Made by a program: the position numbers and the translations under genes. A stretch of DNA of 63,669 nucleotides, filler included, from Saprolegnia diclina VS20 (Eukaryota): assembly GCF_000281045.1 (NCBI RefSeq). It is 11 parts of 11 records of this genome, joined end to end, with 100 filler letters (N's around TTAATTAATTAA, not from the genome) between each part and the next. Parts side by side here need not be neighbours in the genome. Positions count along the whole stretch, not along the records: positions 45,685 to 53,235 come from NW_008246305.1; positions 53,336 to 59,968 come from NW_008246306.1; 9 more parts are not named here. One strand, 5' to 3'. Below are positions 47,311 to 57,185 of this stretch, piece after piece (position 1 is the stretch's first letter; each line of letters opens with the position of its first letter). The notes beneath the pieces are model-generated. The model was not told where the DNA came from. It was given only the letters and a program-made list of their open reading frames with translations, and made no database searches.

Positions 47311-48730
47311 CAACGATTGTTTCAACGACGTGCTCACGTCTCGGCTGGCGCGATCACAGTGCGCACGCACCTACACATGGTTTGTCGATACCAAACATGT
47401 TGCGGGTATTCGCCAAATGTTCTCCGAGTCACCGGGCTGCCAACTGAGATGGGGATGCCCTAGCCACTGGGTCGCCAGTGGTTTGCATTTGGTATACACT
47501 GCACTGTGAACACGCACCTGCGGACCACTTGTGGGCGTGAACAAATTCCACGTAGGTAGGCCTCGGTGCCAAAGCAGCAGTCGTAGCTAGTGGCATTTGA
47601 GGAAGCTGTTTGTCGCTCTGAAGTCCGAATTGCCGTTGCTCGCGTCGACGCACCACCACTGCACACTGCGAATATCCTGTACTCGGATCGGCACAATAGC
47701 TTCAACAGGATCCGGCGTCTTGGCCCTCGTAGAGGTTTCCTTCCTTTGTGCAGTACGTATATTGACGAGAATAGAGTTAGCGACGCGGGCGCTTTGTTGT
47801 TCTCAATACTGCAACTCATCGTACGACACCTGCGATAGCGAATTCTTGGACGCGGCTGCTTCATGACTTGCTAACTCAAACACCGTCGCGCCCTTGTACA
47901 ATGGACCGTTGGTGCAAAAGTGCGCTGCTGCCTGCACGATGCTGTAATCGAGGTCGTTCACTTGGACGGAACACGACAAGGCTTCGCGCCGTGCAGACGA
48001 AACTCTCAGCGCCCCATCAACGGCAACGTTGATTTGCTTCTCGGCGCTGTAGTTGAGGCTCGCTGTCGCCCACTGCACTTTACTCACCGAGTTGGTCACC
48101 ACCGCCAAACGTCATGCTTGAGTGTGTCGAAAATTCCTTCGACCGAGCTTTGCCCCCGTGAGCAAGCTCGCCATTGTGAAATCGAACTTGTAGTTGAGGT
48201 GACAGATGCGAGATCCAACTGCAGATCGATTGCACAGAGCGCGTCAAAGGTCACCTCTGTCACGTGCGTCCAGCCACCAGGCGAAACACCGAGGGCAGCT
48301 TATCGGCAACGACAGAAGCAGAGAACTACTCGTGAGAGGTGCAAGGATATACAATACGACGGCAGGCCAATCAGAGCACACTTATCTTGCTATGCAATCG
48401 TCATCCGCACACAAGCAGGATCCAATTTGAAAGTTGATTCACCTCGCTCCATGTATCAGTAATCAAGTGTTTGATATCCCTCATGCTCGCCAAAAATCGC
48501 TAATTCAAGATCGTACCACCTTGTATTGTACTACAATTGGACGACTCATACATAAACCAAGACCGGCATATCTCGAAAAATACGAGAAACCATCCAAGAT
48601 TGCCACGACTCGGACAATGTATGCATCGGCCCGCGTCTGGTCGCGACCATCAAAGTACAAAGGTCCGCCCTCGCCGACTTCGATCACAATTTCATTTGTC
48701 GCGTCTCGGCCACCACCACCTGAAGCTACC

Positions 48731-49478
48731 ATGGGCAACAACAACTCCGCGCCGCCGCCACCGACCGCCCCGCCGACACCGTCGCTCTACTTGTCCCCCG
48801 GCGCGTCGCTCGTGACGCAAAGCGTCCCCGAAAACGGCGCGCTGGCATTGGACTGCGGCAACACCATGCTCCAGATCTCGCGCATCATCTTTGCCTCGTA
48901 CGGTCTCCCCGACGGGTTGGGACTCGGTGCCACGTACGGCTGGTGCTACGCGGGCTCGTCGCCGAATGTCCTCGAGTCCAGCTGCGTCGGCAAAAAGTCG
49001 TGCTCGGTCGGCGCCAACAACGGGTACGGATGCTACTGTGATGGAGTAGGTCATTAAGCTCACGGATTTGTGTAGCGTGTTTGGCGACCCGTGTGTGGGC
49101 ACTGTCAAGCGCCTCACGGTGACGGCCGAGTGTACGGCGGTTCCCTCGTACCAGACGTGGGCCAGCGTCGCAGAGCACCAGACGCTCAAGCTGGAGTGCG
49201 CCAACGGCTACGTCATTACCAAGGTCGACTATGGCTCGTACGGCACGCCCAACGGGTACACGAACGGGTGGTGCAACGCCAAGTCGAGTGTCGACGTTCT
49301 CTCCAAGCTCTGCGTGGGCCAGGCTTCGTGCAATGTGCCGGCGGAGAACGCCATCTTTGTCGACCCGTGCGTGGGTACGTTCAAGGCGCTGGCGGCCAAG
49401 GTCACGTGTGGTCTCGGCGCGGCGCCGGAAGCCATCTCGACGCCGTTCATTACCCCGAGCTGCAACAACGCGCTCTAG
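48731..49478 (+). CDS. Tandem SUEL-type lectin, second full copy; exons 48731-49023 and 49076-49478
   Basis: Paralog of 8869-9627 with the same intron position (52 nt); starts MGNNNSAPPPP. Confidence 0.9.
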
Positions 49479-49757
49479 TCGGCTCGTCAATCCATGTCGC
49501 TAACTGTCTGCTAACTCGAAGTCGAGTTGATGTCTGTTATATTCTGCATACGAACGGTTTACCGTAGCTTCTGGACCAATGGCAGCTGGTGATATCGAGG
49601 GCAGCAGTTGCATAGTGCTGCAGATCGCAAACATCCTTTTTTCAGGTACAAGTCCATTGTGGGCGAAGTGCCAGTTGATTGGGATTGTACGCGAGTGCAA
49701 GCGTCGACGTCCACGCGATAACGGCACGCAGCATGGCTTTGCAGTCGACGACGGCGC

Positions 49758-49857
49758 GAGGCACTTGACGACAGAGCGACGTGAGGCACTTGACGACAGA
49801 GCGACGTGAGACACTTGACGACAGAGCGACGTGAGGCACTTGACGACAGAGCGACGT
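49758..49857. repeat. 25-bp minisatellite x4
   Basis: GAGGCACTTGACGACAGAGCGACGT head-to-tail with one substitution and no spacers. Confidence 0.9.
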
Positions 49858-49983
49858 AAGGTTGGTCGTCGGCGGAGGTTAGTCGTCGGCAACAACCCCG
49901 CAAAAAGCGACGCGAAGACGAGTTGCTCTGGTGCTTGTATGCACGAGGCCGATACCGCTGCATGCAGGAGCGCTACCTGATGA

Positions 49984-50071
49984 CTAACCATTGAATAGCG
50001 GAGGATAATCGGAAGGTTTGCATTTCTGAAATTGCAAACCTTCCGATTGTCCTCCGCTATTCAATGGTTAG
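49984..50071. repeat. Near-perfect 39-bp-arm palindrome with 10-nt loop
   Basis: 49984-50022 versus 50033-50071, one mismatch. Confidence 0.9.
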
Positions 50072-50267
50072 CGCACCTGCTTGAGGCGCAGGCCAAGGTG
50101 TCAAATGACTAAAAATGTCGGGCAGTCATCTGCTTCTGTACAAATACATGTATATGGTGTATATTTTGTAACTAATTTTACCAAATATACGCCATATATT
50201 TGTACAAAAGTAATACCGGTATGCTTTTTTGGAGACGGTCCCACCAGAATTTATATTTTATCCAATA

Positions 50268-51360
50268 AGGTAAAGTGGCGATTGACCGACCGATTTTTTG
50301 TCGAAAATGAGGCCTTACTTCAAAATGATATTTCTCGACAACCAATGCAGCTACGAGACATCTGAAGGCATCACAGTAAAGAAGAAGGCTTGCTCTGTAT
50401 TTTAGAGCCCTTGCCTTCGCGCCGTCGCGTGATTCCTGATTTGTGGGGAATCTAAAAGCCGACGCATCGAAAAAGCGTCAGAATTGGATGTTTCTATTGA
50501 CCGACCGATTGGCTTGTACTTTCTGTTTGTATGCATTCTAAAAAACTGTGAATTAAATCACGTTATTTTCCTACCTCAAGGCTGCTCGGCGTTTTTTGTG
50601 TGGAAGCGATGAGACGGCAATTAAAATACGATTATTTTTAATAGCACAGCGCATATTAATACTGTCGTATTATAATAAATACTCCTTGGACTTCGTCACA
50701 GACTTCATTTTCTTCAGCGCCGGCGCGGCCGCAATGTCCAGGTCTCCCTCCACACTCGTGCCATGTCGAGTCCGTCGCGGTGCGCTGGCGCTGGCGCTCA
50801 AGTACCCTCGGTGCCGAAGGTTTGAGAGGTAGAACAAACACCGCGGTACGGGCGAGCTCATGTACCTTGATCCATCCACGCCTCGGTGCCGAGGGTCGAC
50901 CGCACGCCGTTGACCGCCTGCTCCTCCACAACAACGATCTCGCCCGTTTGCTTCATCATCTTGATATACTAGTACTGTAGCGCTTGAGCTGGGAGAGACT
51001 CAAGGGTGAGCTGCGCTCTATTGTGGCAATCTTCTTGCTGCCGACGAGGTGACGGTCAACCGTGAAACGTGTGTGAAGCATGTTGAGCAATGAGGCTGAC
51101 GGTGGCCCTCCGTCAGCTCGCGCGACCCATCCTGCTCCTGCTCGTGCTCCCAACTTCAACCGGGAAATTATTATTCTGACCGTACAATATTATTGCAAAA
51201 AAATGCACTGCGGGGTCCATTTGGAGGCTCTTTTTTTATTTCAATCATCATTATTATTGTAGCCAATGAAAAACGGCGTCTCCAATTTCCAACGTTTTAA
51301 TTGGCCAAAAGTCGAAATCGGTCGGTCATTAGAAACGGTCGGTCAATCGCCACTTTACCT
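50268..51360. mobile_element. Non-autonomous TIR element (MITE-like), TA-flanked
   Basis: Perfect 25-bp TIR AGGTAAAGTGGCGATTGACCGACCG (50268-50292 and 51336-51360), TA on each side, internal TGACCGACCGAT sub-repeats and no transposase. Confidence 0.8.
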
Positions 51361-52215
51361 TAAAACGTTCGATTATCGCTGCTAATCGATGGTTTCTGGG
51401 CGATGTGCACTTTATTGACCCATGGAATGGGCGAGTGGGCCAAAAGCCATTTGCTTAATTGGAACTTTATAACCCTTGAAAAGAAATACGGATCCCACCG
51501 ATCAATTGCCAAAGGGTCGGGTTTCGCATTCTATTGCCTCGGGGCGCTCCAGGCCGCGAGATCGGCGCTGTGCCGCTGCTGCAGAGGCAGCTAGCCGTTG
51601 CCAACGGAGGGCCTACTCGGGGTATCAAATCGAGCCCTCCGCGCACAAACCACTGGACTGCGCAGACGGATGCATTGCTGGCGCCGAATGCCAACGAGAG
51701 ATTGCAGCCGCCGCTATCTACGCGGCCGAGCTCCAGCCTCAACTGCGGAGCTGCTTCGTGTGGCTGCTCGATGTTGGACCCGACCGATGCGATGTAGGCG
51801 TGCATGTGTGGCCACTATGCGTTTGTGCGATGAAGCATGAAGCAACAAGGGTTACTTCGTGTTAAGCGTAATGTGTTAAGCGTAATGTAAAGCGCGTATG
51901 AAGCTTTGAATTCGTGTAGTCGACACAGAGAACGCACTCGTAGGAGCGTGTCGTATATTGTGCAGTTGCGCCTGCCGCCGTCGGTCTTGCTGCAGTAGCC
52001 GTCGCGGTGAGGAGCGACCCGCCCTGAAGCAGGCACGTGTAGCAGGCGAGGTCTTGGGCCACCGTCGCGGTACAAAGTTGAACGGACTGGAAGATGAGCC
52101 GGGCGCGCCGCCGACGAGACGACGACCAGGAGGTCTAGTCGCGCGGACCGATGACGAGGCAGTCGTGTGGGGCGTGTCGAGCTAGGCGCTCGACGAGCTG
52201 GGCGCGTGGGCATGA

Positions 52216-52302
52216 CGAGGCGAGAGCGCATTGGTTGAGGCGAGCGCGTGGAGGGCGAGGCGAGAGCGCATTGGTTGAGGCGAGCGCGTGGAGGGCGAGG
52301 CG
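52216..52302. repeat. 40-bp tandem repeat x2.2
   Basis: CGAGGCGAGAGCGCATTGGTTGAGGCGAGCGCGTGGAGGG duplicated. Confidence 0.85.
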
Positions 52303-53135
52303 TGAGCGAGGGACGTACGCGTCTGCTCACGTCGTTGTTGGTGGGGACAGCGCCGTGCTCGTCGCGCTTGGCATCGCGACGGTTGGGAGCACAAATTAGA
52401 ATGACACGGCGGTTGGTGGTTGGACCCTCACCATACTGAAACCAAGCTGTTTGGCCCGAGTTCCTACTCGCTAGCTACGCTGCCAATTGGCTGCTTGGGA
52501 CTTATTTCACTCTTTTTGTCCAATAAACGCACGTACAATTGAAGGTGCCGCTGCAGTTTCATTGGGCGGCACCTAGAATTCAGGGATGTGATTGGGCGCC
52601 TCCACTTTTGGAGGCCAATTGTAAGATTGCGTCATCAGCTCTTGATCCATGCATTGCCCCTTGCCGCTTCGCACACTGCACCGGAATAAAACGATGATAA
52701 AATAGGATCCAGGATCTTTTCCCTCTCTCTTCTTTTTCGGCTGCGCCATAAATTGCCACTTTACCATTTAAATGGCTCATGGCCGGTTTCTGTAGGTAAA
52801 AATGGCCACGCGCTGTGCAAGCCACAATATCTATCTCTATATCTATTTATCAACCATATTCTCGCATTATGATCCCTGTTGTTACAAAGATTTCGTATAT
52901 GTAGCGATCGGCTTCTTGATTCCATCGCCGGGCCGTGGCTGCGCAGGCAGACACAATGGACTTGTACCTGAAAAAAAGGATGTTTGCGATCTGCAGCACT
53001 ATGCAACTGCTGCCCTCGATATCACCAGCTGCCATTGGTCCAGAAGCTACGGTAAACCGTTCGTATGCAGAATATAACAGACATCAACTCGACTTCGAGT
53101 TAGCAGACAGTTAGCGACATGGATTGACGAGCCGA

Positions 53136-53235
53136 CTAGAGCGCGTTGTTGCAGCTCGGGGTAATGAACGGCGTCGAGATGGCTTCCGGCGCCGCGCCGA
53201 GACCACACGTGACCTTGGCCGCCAGCGCCTTGAAC
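53136..53235 (-). CDS. SUEL lectin paralog, 3' end only (inverted copy)
   Basis: 52952-53235 is the reverse complement of 49378-49661. Confidence 0.75.
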
Positions 53236-53581
53236 NNNNNNNNNNNNNNNNNNNNNNNNNNNNNNNNNNNNNNNNNNNNTTAATTAATTAANNNNNNNNN
53301 NNNNNNNNNNNNNNNNNNNNNNNNNNNNNNNNNNNCATGGCGCTTTGAGCCTTCATGTCGACGGCCGACGGCGGGATCCTGATGCAGACGTTGACCAACA
53401 CTCGACGGGTCCGTCCGTGAATCTCGCTGCGGACCTTCATGCCTTCGTCCATGCGCTTGGTAACGCTGCCAATCATCAGCTCGACAATGTCGCGACAACG
53501 TCACGACAGCGTCATAACAATGTTACAGCAACGTCGTAATTCCGAAATTTGCGTGGTGAACCGTAAGCGACTGGTATCCGG

Positions 53582-56500
53582 ATGGGCCGTGACCAACCGA
53601 GAAGCTTCGCCGACGGCTACGTGAAGATCGGCGGGAAGGCTGGGCCTCCCCCAAACGTCACCCGTCCACAACGGGCCAAGACGAAGGAGAAGAAAGAGAC
53701 GAAGAAGAGCAACTCACCGTCCACGCAACCCCGGGCACAGCCGGCAGGGGACGCACAGGCGGCGACGACCTCCAACGCAACGCAAGGCGCGCGCCCGCAC
53801 ACGGACGCGGAGTGTGCCGCCCAGCGTGACGAGACGACAACCAGCAAGACGCCTGGCGGCCAGCAACGGTCGCAGTGGCAGTTCAAAACGCACAGCTCGA
53901 CGACATTCGGCCCGGACGCGGCACAGCCCCGTTTATTCGCCGATGTCGTGAGCGGAAGACAAGCCCGACAACCGGGACGCCGACATGGCGACGCCCCGAC
54001 AGAGCCCGAGATGCTCGCGATGCATGAGTACTGCAAGGTGCCGCAGCCCGCGCGTCTCGAGAACTGGCGGCGCGCTACGCCCTACGAAGCAAAGATTCTC
54101 TCATGTGTGCTCGATGGCTCGCTGCCACTCGACTGCCCTCCGGAGTTTCTGTACCAAATTTTACGCCCCACAGCGCTCGCTCTCTTCTGGAAGCACATGC
54201 GCTACAACTACGGACATGTACAGTTTGGCGTGCCGCCGAATGCCAACTTGCAACCCTCTATGTCAAGCGCTGCTCTCTGCCGACTCTTTGTGTCAAAGCT
54301 TGCCAACGACCCGTACGCAGCCGGCCTATGTGAAGCGTTGCGACGTGACATCCACACGGCGTGGGTGTCGGACGACGGCCGCCTTGTCATCTTGTCGTTC
54401 AACTCCAAGGCCAAAGCTGCGAAATGGCGTGGTGAGACGGTACCGTTCCGTGGCACGGTCGTGACGCTGATGCACCACCGACGCCCGCACGAGCCAGAGT
54501 CCGACTTGGATACGGCGGACGCACAAGAGCTGACTCAATACACGTTTCGGCTGCTGAACGTCCCGGCCCGCTTTGAACCTCACCACCTCGATGCGCTCTT
54601 GGGCTCGATGGGCGTGTCGATTGGGAAGCTCGCACTCGCCCATCATCGGGGACATGGCCAAGCCGATACGAACAGCTACACGGTGGTTACCGCCAGCGAA
54701 CGCGTGCCGCGCCGGCTCGAGGACAAGTCGGCCATCATCCTCGGGATGCATCGTATCCAAATTTGGCATTACCAACGGTATGGCAACATGCCGTGCCTCA
54801 CGTGCGATTCGCTCCGACACGATCGGACGTGCTGCCCGGCAACCAACCCCGATTACAAGGTCTCCGTTCACGATCGACTGGACCACACGATTGTCGTGGA
54901 CGACGACAAATGGGTGGAGCTGGCCAAAACGGAAACGACTGCCGATACAGTGACCCAAGATTTCCATTGCTGGGAGAACAACCACCATACCCAAGAGCCG
55001 ACTGCGGAGGTGCAGACGACATCCACACGTTTAACGTCCACGCGGCCGACCCAAACCCATGCCACAGGCGCGGCCTCGCAATGGACGGAGCACAAGACCG
55101 GCGGCAGCACCGCGGCGACGCACGATCCGGCAGAGGACTCTAAGGTGGCGACTGAGGCGACGACTCCGGCATCGGCAGACGCGTCGCCTCCAGCTTGTCG
55201 CGACGACATCGACGAGTCGATGGACGCCGAGGCAACCCCAGAGGCGTCGGATGACCTATCCGGCGAGATGTCTGAGGACGCGCCCATGAGCCAACAGGAT
55301 GAGCCCGAGAACGAGCCCGAGAACGAGCCTGAGGTCAAGGACGTGCCCGAGGTCAAGGCCACGTCGGAGGTCAAGGACGTGCCCGAGGTCAAGGCCACGT
55401 CGGAGGTCAAGGCCACGTCGGAGGTCAAGGACGAGCCCGAGGTCAAGGCCAAGCCCGAGGTCAAGGCCACGTCGGAGGTCAAGGNNNNNNNNNNNNNNNN
55501 NNNNNNNNNNNNNNNNNNNNNNNNNNNNNNNNNNNNNNNNNNNNNNNNNNNNNNNNNNNNNNNNNNNNNNNNNNNNNNNNNNNNNNNNNNNNNNNNNNNN
55601 NNNNNNNNNGTCAAGGCCACGTCGGAGGTCAAGGACGAGCCCGAGGTCAAGGCCACGTCGGAGGTCAAGGCCACGTCGGAGGTCAAGGACAAGCCCGAGG
55701 TCAAAGACAAGCTCGCGGACCAGCCAACGGCAGCCCCGAAGTATGTGCGGTCGGGCAATCTGCAGACGATCCTCCAGCCCACCGATTGGGTCAAGGGCTC
55801 GGTGGCGCCGAATGGACAATGCCTCTTTGCCGCTCTGCACCGCTTGCTTTACGCCAACGGTGCGACGGCCGGGCCAGGCGCAAAGACAAAGGCTGCACCG
55901 GACGCCGAGAACAACCTGAAGACACGCATGTACGCGGCGTCCGCGCATCCCGACGTGCTCGAGCTTTACCGTGCGACGATGCTCCTGGGCGGTGCGCAGG
56001 GTCCTCTGGCAAAAGCCACGACTCCAAGCGAGTACCGGAAGACTTACTACCAGTACATGCGGGCACGGCCTCTGGCGCGCACAGTGTCCGTGGACTACTG
56101 GGGCGGGGCGGCCGAAATCGCCTCGGCGGCCCGGGCCTTCCAGGTGACCATTCACATACTCGACGCATGCTCCTCGGACAAGACGAAGTGGCAACTGCTG
56201 CGGTACTGCTGGCGCGACGACGCGCTACACAAGGAAATGGTACCGACACACCAATGGGACAGCGTCTTCGATCGCGCAGGGTCCGCCGGGTGGGTCCTAC
56301 TGCTTGACCAGGACCACTACGAACCACTCTTCCCGCCCGAGCCTGCCTCCAACCCCGCCTGGGCGCGGCGGCGCCAGGCTCTCCACACGGCGCAGCCAAC
56401 GCTCGATGAGGCACGATGGGATCCAGCAGCACCCTTGACACGGGCGCAGCTCGTCAACCGGCGCCTTCAAGACGAAGCCGCGACTCCACCGTCAATGGAT

Positions 56501-57154
56501 CTCGTGACGAACGAAGATTTCAGCGCGTTCGTCTTTGCCCACCCGCGAGACGCTCGACTGGCGATGTTCCGGCTCGGCTGGCCCGAGCTTCTTCTGCATG
56601 CCTGCGCGCCGACGACCCTGACGACGTTTGGCCAGTACTGGCTCCACCAGATCTACTTGGAGGCCTTACGGGGCATTGCGGCACGGCGCCGGGAAGCGCT
56701 CAAGGTCGCCAACAAGGATGCGGACACGACGCACGATCTCGCAATCACGTGGTACGAGAAAGTGGCCGATGAGACGGGTGATTTGGGCCGCAAGGTCACA
56801 CTTATCACGAACTGCGACCGCTGGATGGCGCTTGCCAAGGAGTACCCACAAGACGAAACGGTGCGCCTCGTTCAGACGCTGCACGGCTGCTGCTCGCGCA
56901 AGGATCAAGTGTGGCTTGCCATCTTCGTCGCGCTCGTGGACGATATTGGCATCGACCCCACCGACCCAATGCCGACTCCTTCGCTGGAGATGCTGGTACA
57001 CGCCGCCTCAGACGATGCCTTGCGCACGGCAGTCGTCGACGTCCGCACGAGTGGCTCGGGAGCGTGGGCACGGGTCCGGGATCTCGTGGATCGGGTTGAA
57101 GGGGCGTGGCTACACTGGGGATATCCGCAGACGGGACCTCCCGAGCTGTGGTAA
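53582..57154 (+). CDS. LINE ORF1: RRM-like region, CCHC zinc knuckle, EVKATS/EVKDEP repeats, OTU-like protease domain
   Basis: CLTCDSLRHDRTCC (CX2CX4HX4C, 54794-54835). OTU-like SVAPNGQCLFAAL...YWGGAAEIASAARAFQVTIHIL...LLLDQDHYEPL. A 125-N gap (55485-55609) lies inside the repeat. Confidence 0.8.
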   Translation: MGRDQPRSFADGYVKIGGKAGPPPNVTRPQRAKTKEKKETKKSNSPSTQPRAQPAGDAQAATTSNATQGARPHTDAECAAQRDETTTSKTPGGQQRSQWQFKTHSSTTFGPDAAQPRLFADVVSGRQARQPGRRHGDAPTEPEMLAMHEYCKVPQPARLENWRRATPYEAKILSCVLDGSLPLDCPPEFLYQILRPTALALFWKHMRYNYGHVQFGVPPNANLQPSMSSAALCRLFVSKLANDPYAAGLCEALRRDIHTAWVSDDGRLVILSFNSKAKAAKWRGETVPFRGTVVTLMHHRRPHEPESDLDTADAQELTQYTFRLLNVPARFEPHHLDALLGSMGVSIGKLALAHHRGHGQADTNSYTVVTASERVPRRLEDKSAIILGMHRIQIWHYQRYGNMPCLTCDSLRHDRTCCPATNPDYKVSVHDRLDHTIVVDDDKWVELAKTETTADTVTQDFHCWENNHHTQEPTAEVQTTSTRLTSTRPTQTHATGAASQWTEHKTGGSTAATHDPAEDSKVATEATTPASADASPPACRDDIDESMDAEATPEASDDLSGEMSEDAPMSQQDEPENEPENEPEVKDVPEVKATSEVKDVPEVKATSEVKATSEVKDEPEVKAKPEVKATSEVKXXXXXXXXXXXXXXXXXXXXXXXXXXXXXXXXXXXXXXXXXXVKATSEVKDEPEVKATSEVKATSEVKDKPEVKDKLADQPTAAPKYVRSGNLQTILQPTDWVKGSVAPNGQCLFAALHRLLYANGATAGPGAKTKAAPDAENNLKTRMYAASAHPDVLELYRATMLLGGAQGPLAKATTPSEYRKTYYQYMRARPLARTVSVDYWGGAAEIASAARAFQVTIHILDACSSDKTKWQLLRYCWRDDALHKEMVPTHQWDSVFDRAGSAGWVLLLDQDHYEPLFPPEPASNPAWARRRQALHTAQPTLDEARWDPAAPLTRAQLVNRRLQDEAATPPSMDLVTNEDFSAFVFAHPRDARLAMFRLGWPELLLHACAPTTLTTFGQYWLHQIYLEALRGIAARRREALKVANKDADTTHDLAITWYEKVADETGDLGRKVTLITNCDRWMALAKEYPQDETVRLVQTLHGCCSRKDQVWLAIFVALVDDIGIDPTDPMPTPSLEMLVHAASDDALRTAVVDVRTSGSGAWARVRDLVDRVEGAWLHWGYPQTGPPELW
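55300..55712 (+). repeat. Coding 18-bp tandem repeat (GAGGTCAAG-N9) in ORF1
   Basis: Units EVKATS, EVKDVP, EVKDEP and EVKAKP on both sides of the gap. Confidence 0.9.
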
Positions 57155-57185
57155 ACCCAAGCCACGCCCTGCATATTGTATATCT

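Noticed and set aside
49758..49857. CRISPR-like 25-bp repeats
   Set aside because: Head-to-tail with no spacers, no cas genes, and a eukaryotic context.
56628..57185. Apparent 186-codon ORF1/ORF2 overlap
   Set aside because: The overlapping part is R/S/T-rich shadow translation; an ATG at 57186 just after the ORF1 stop is the simpler start.
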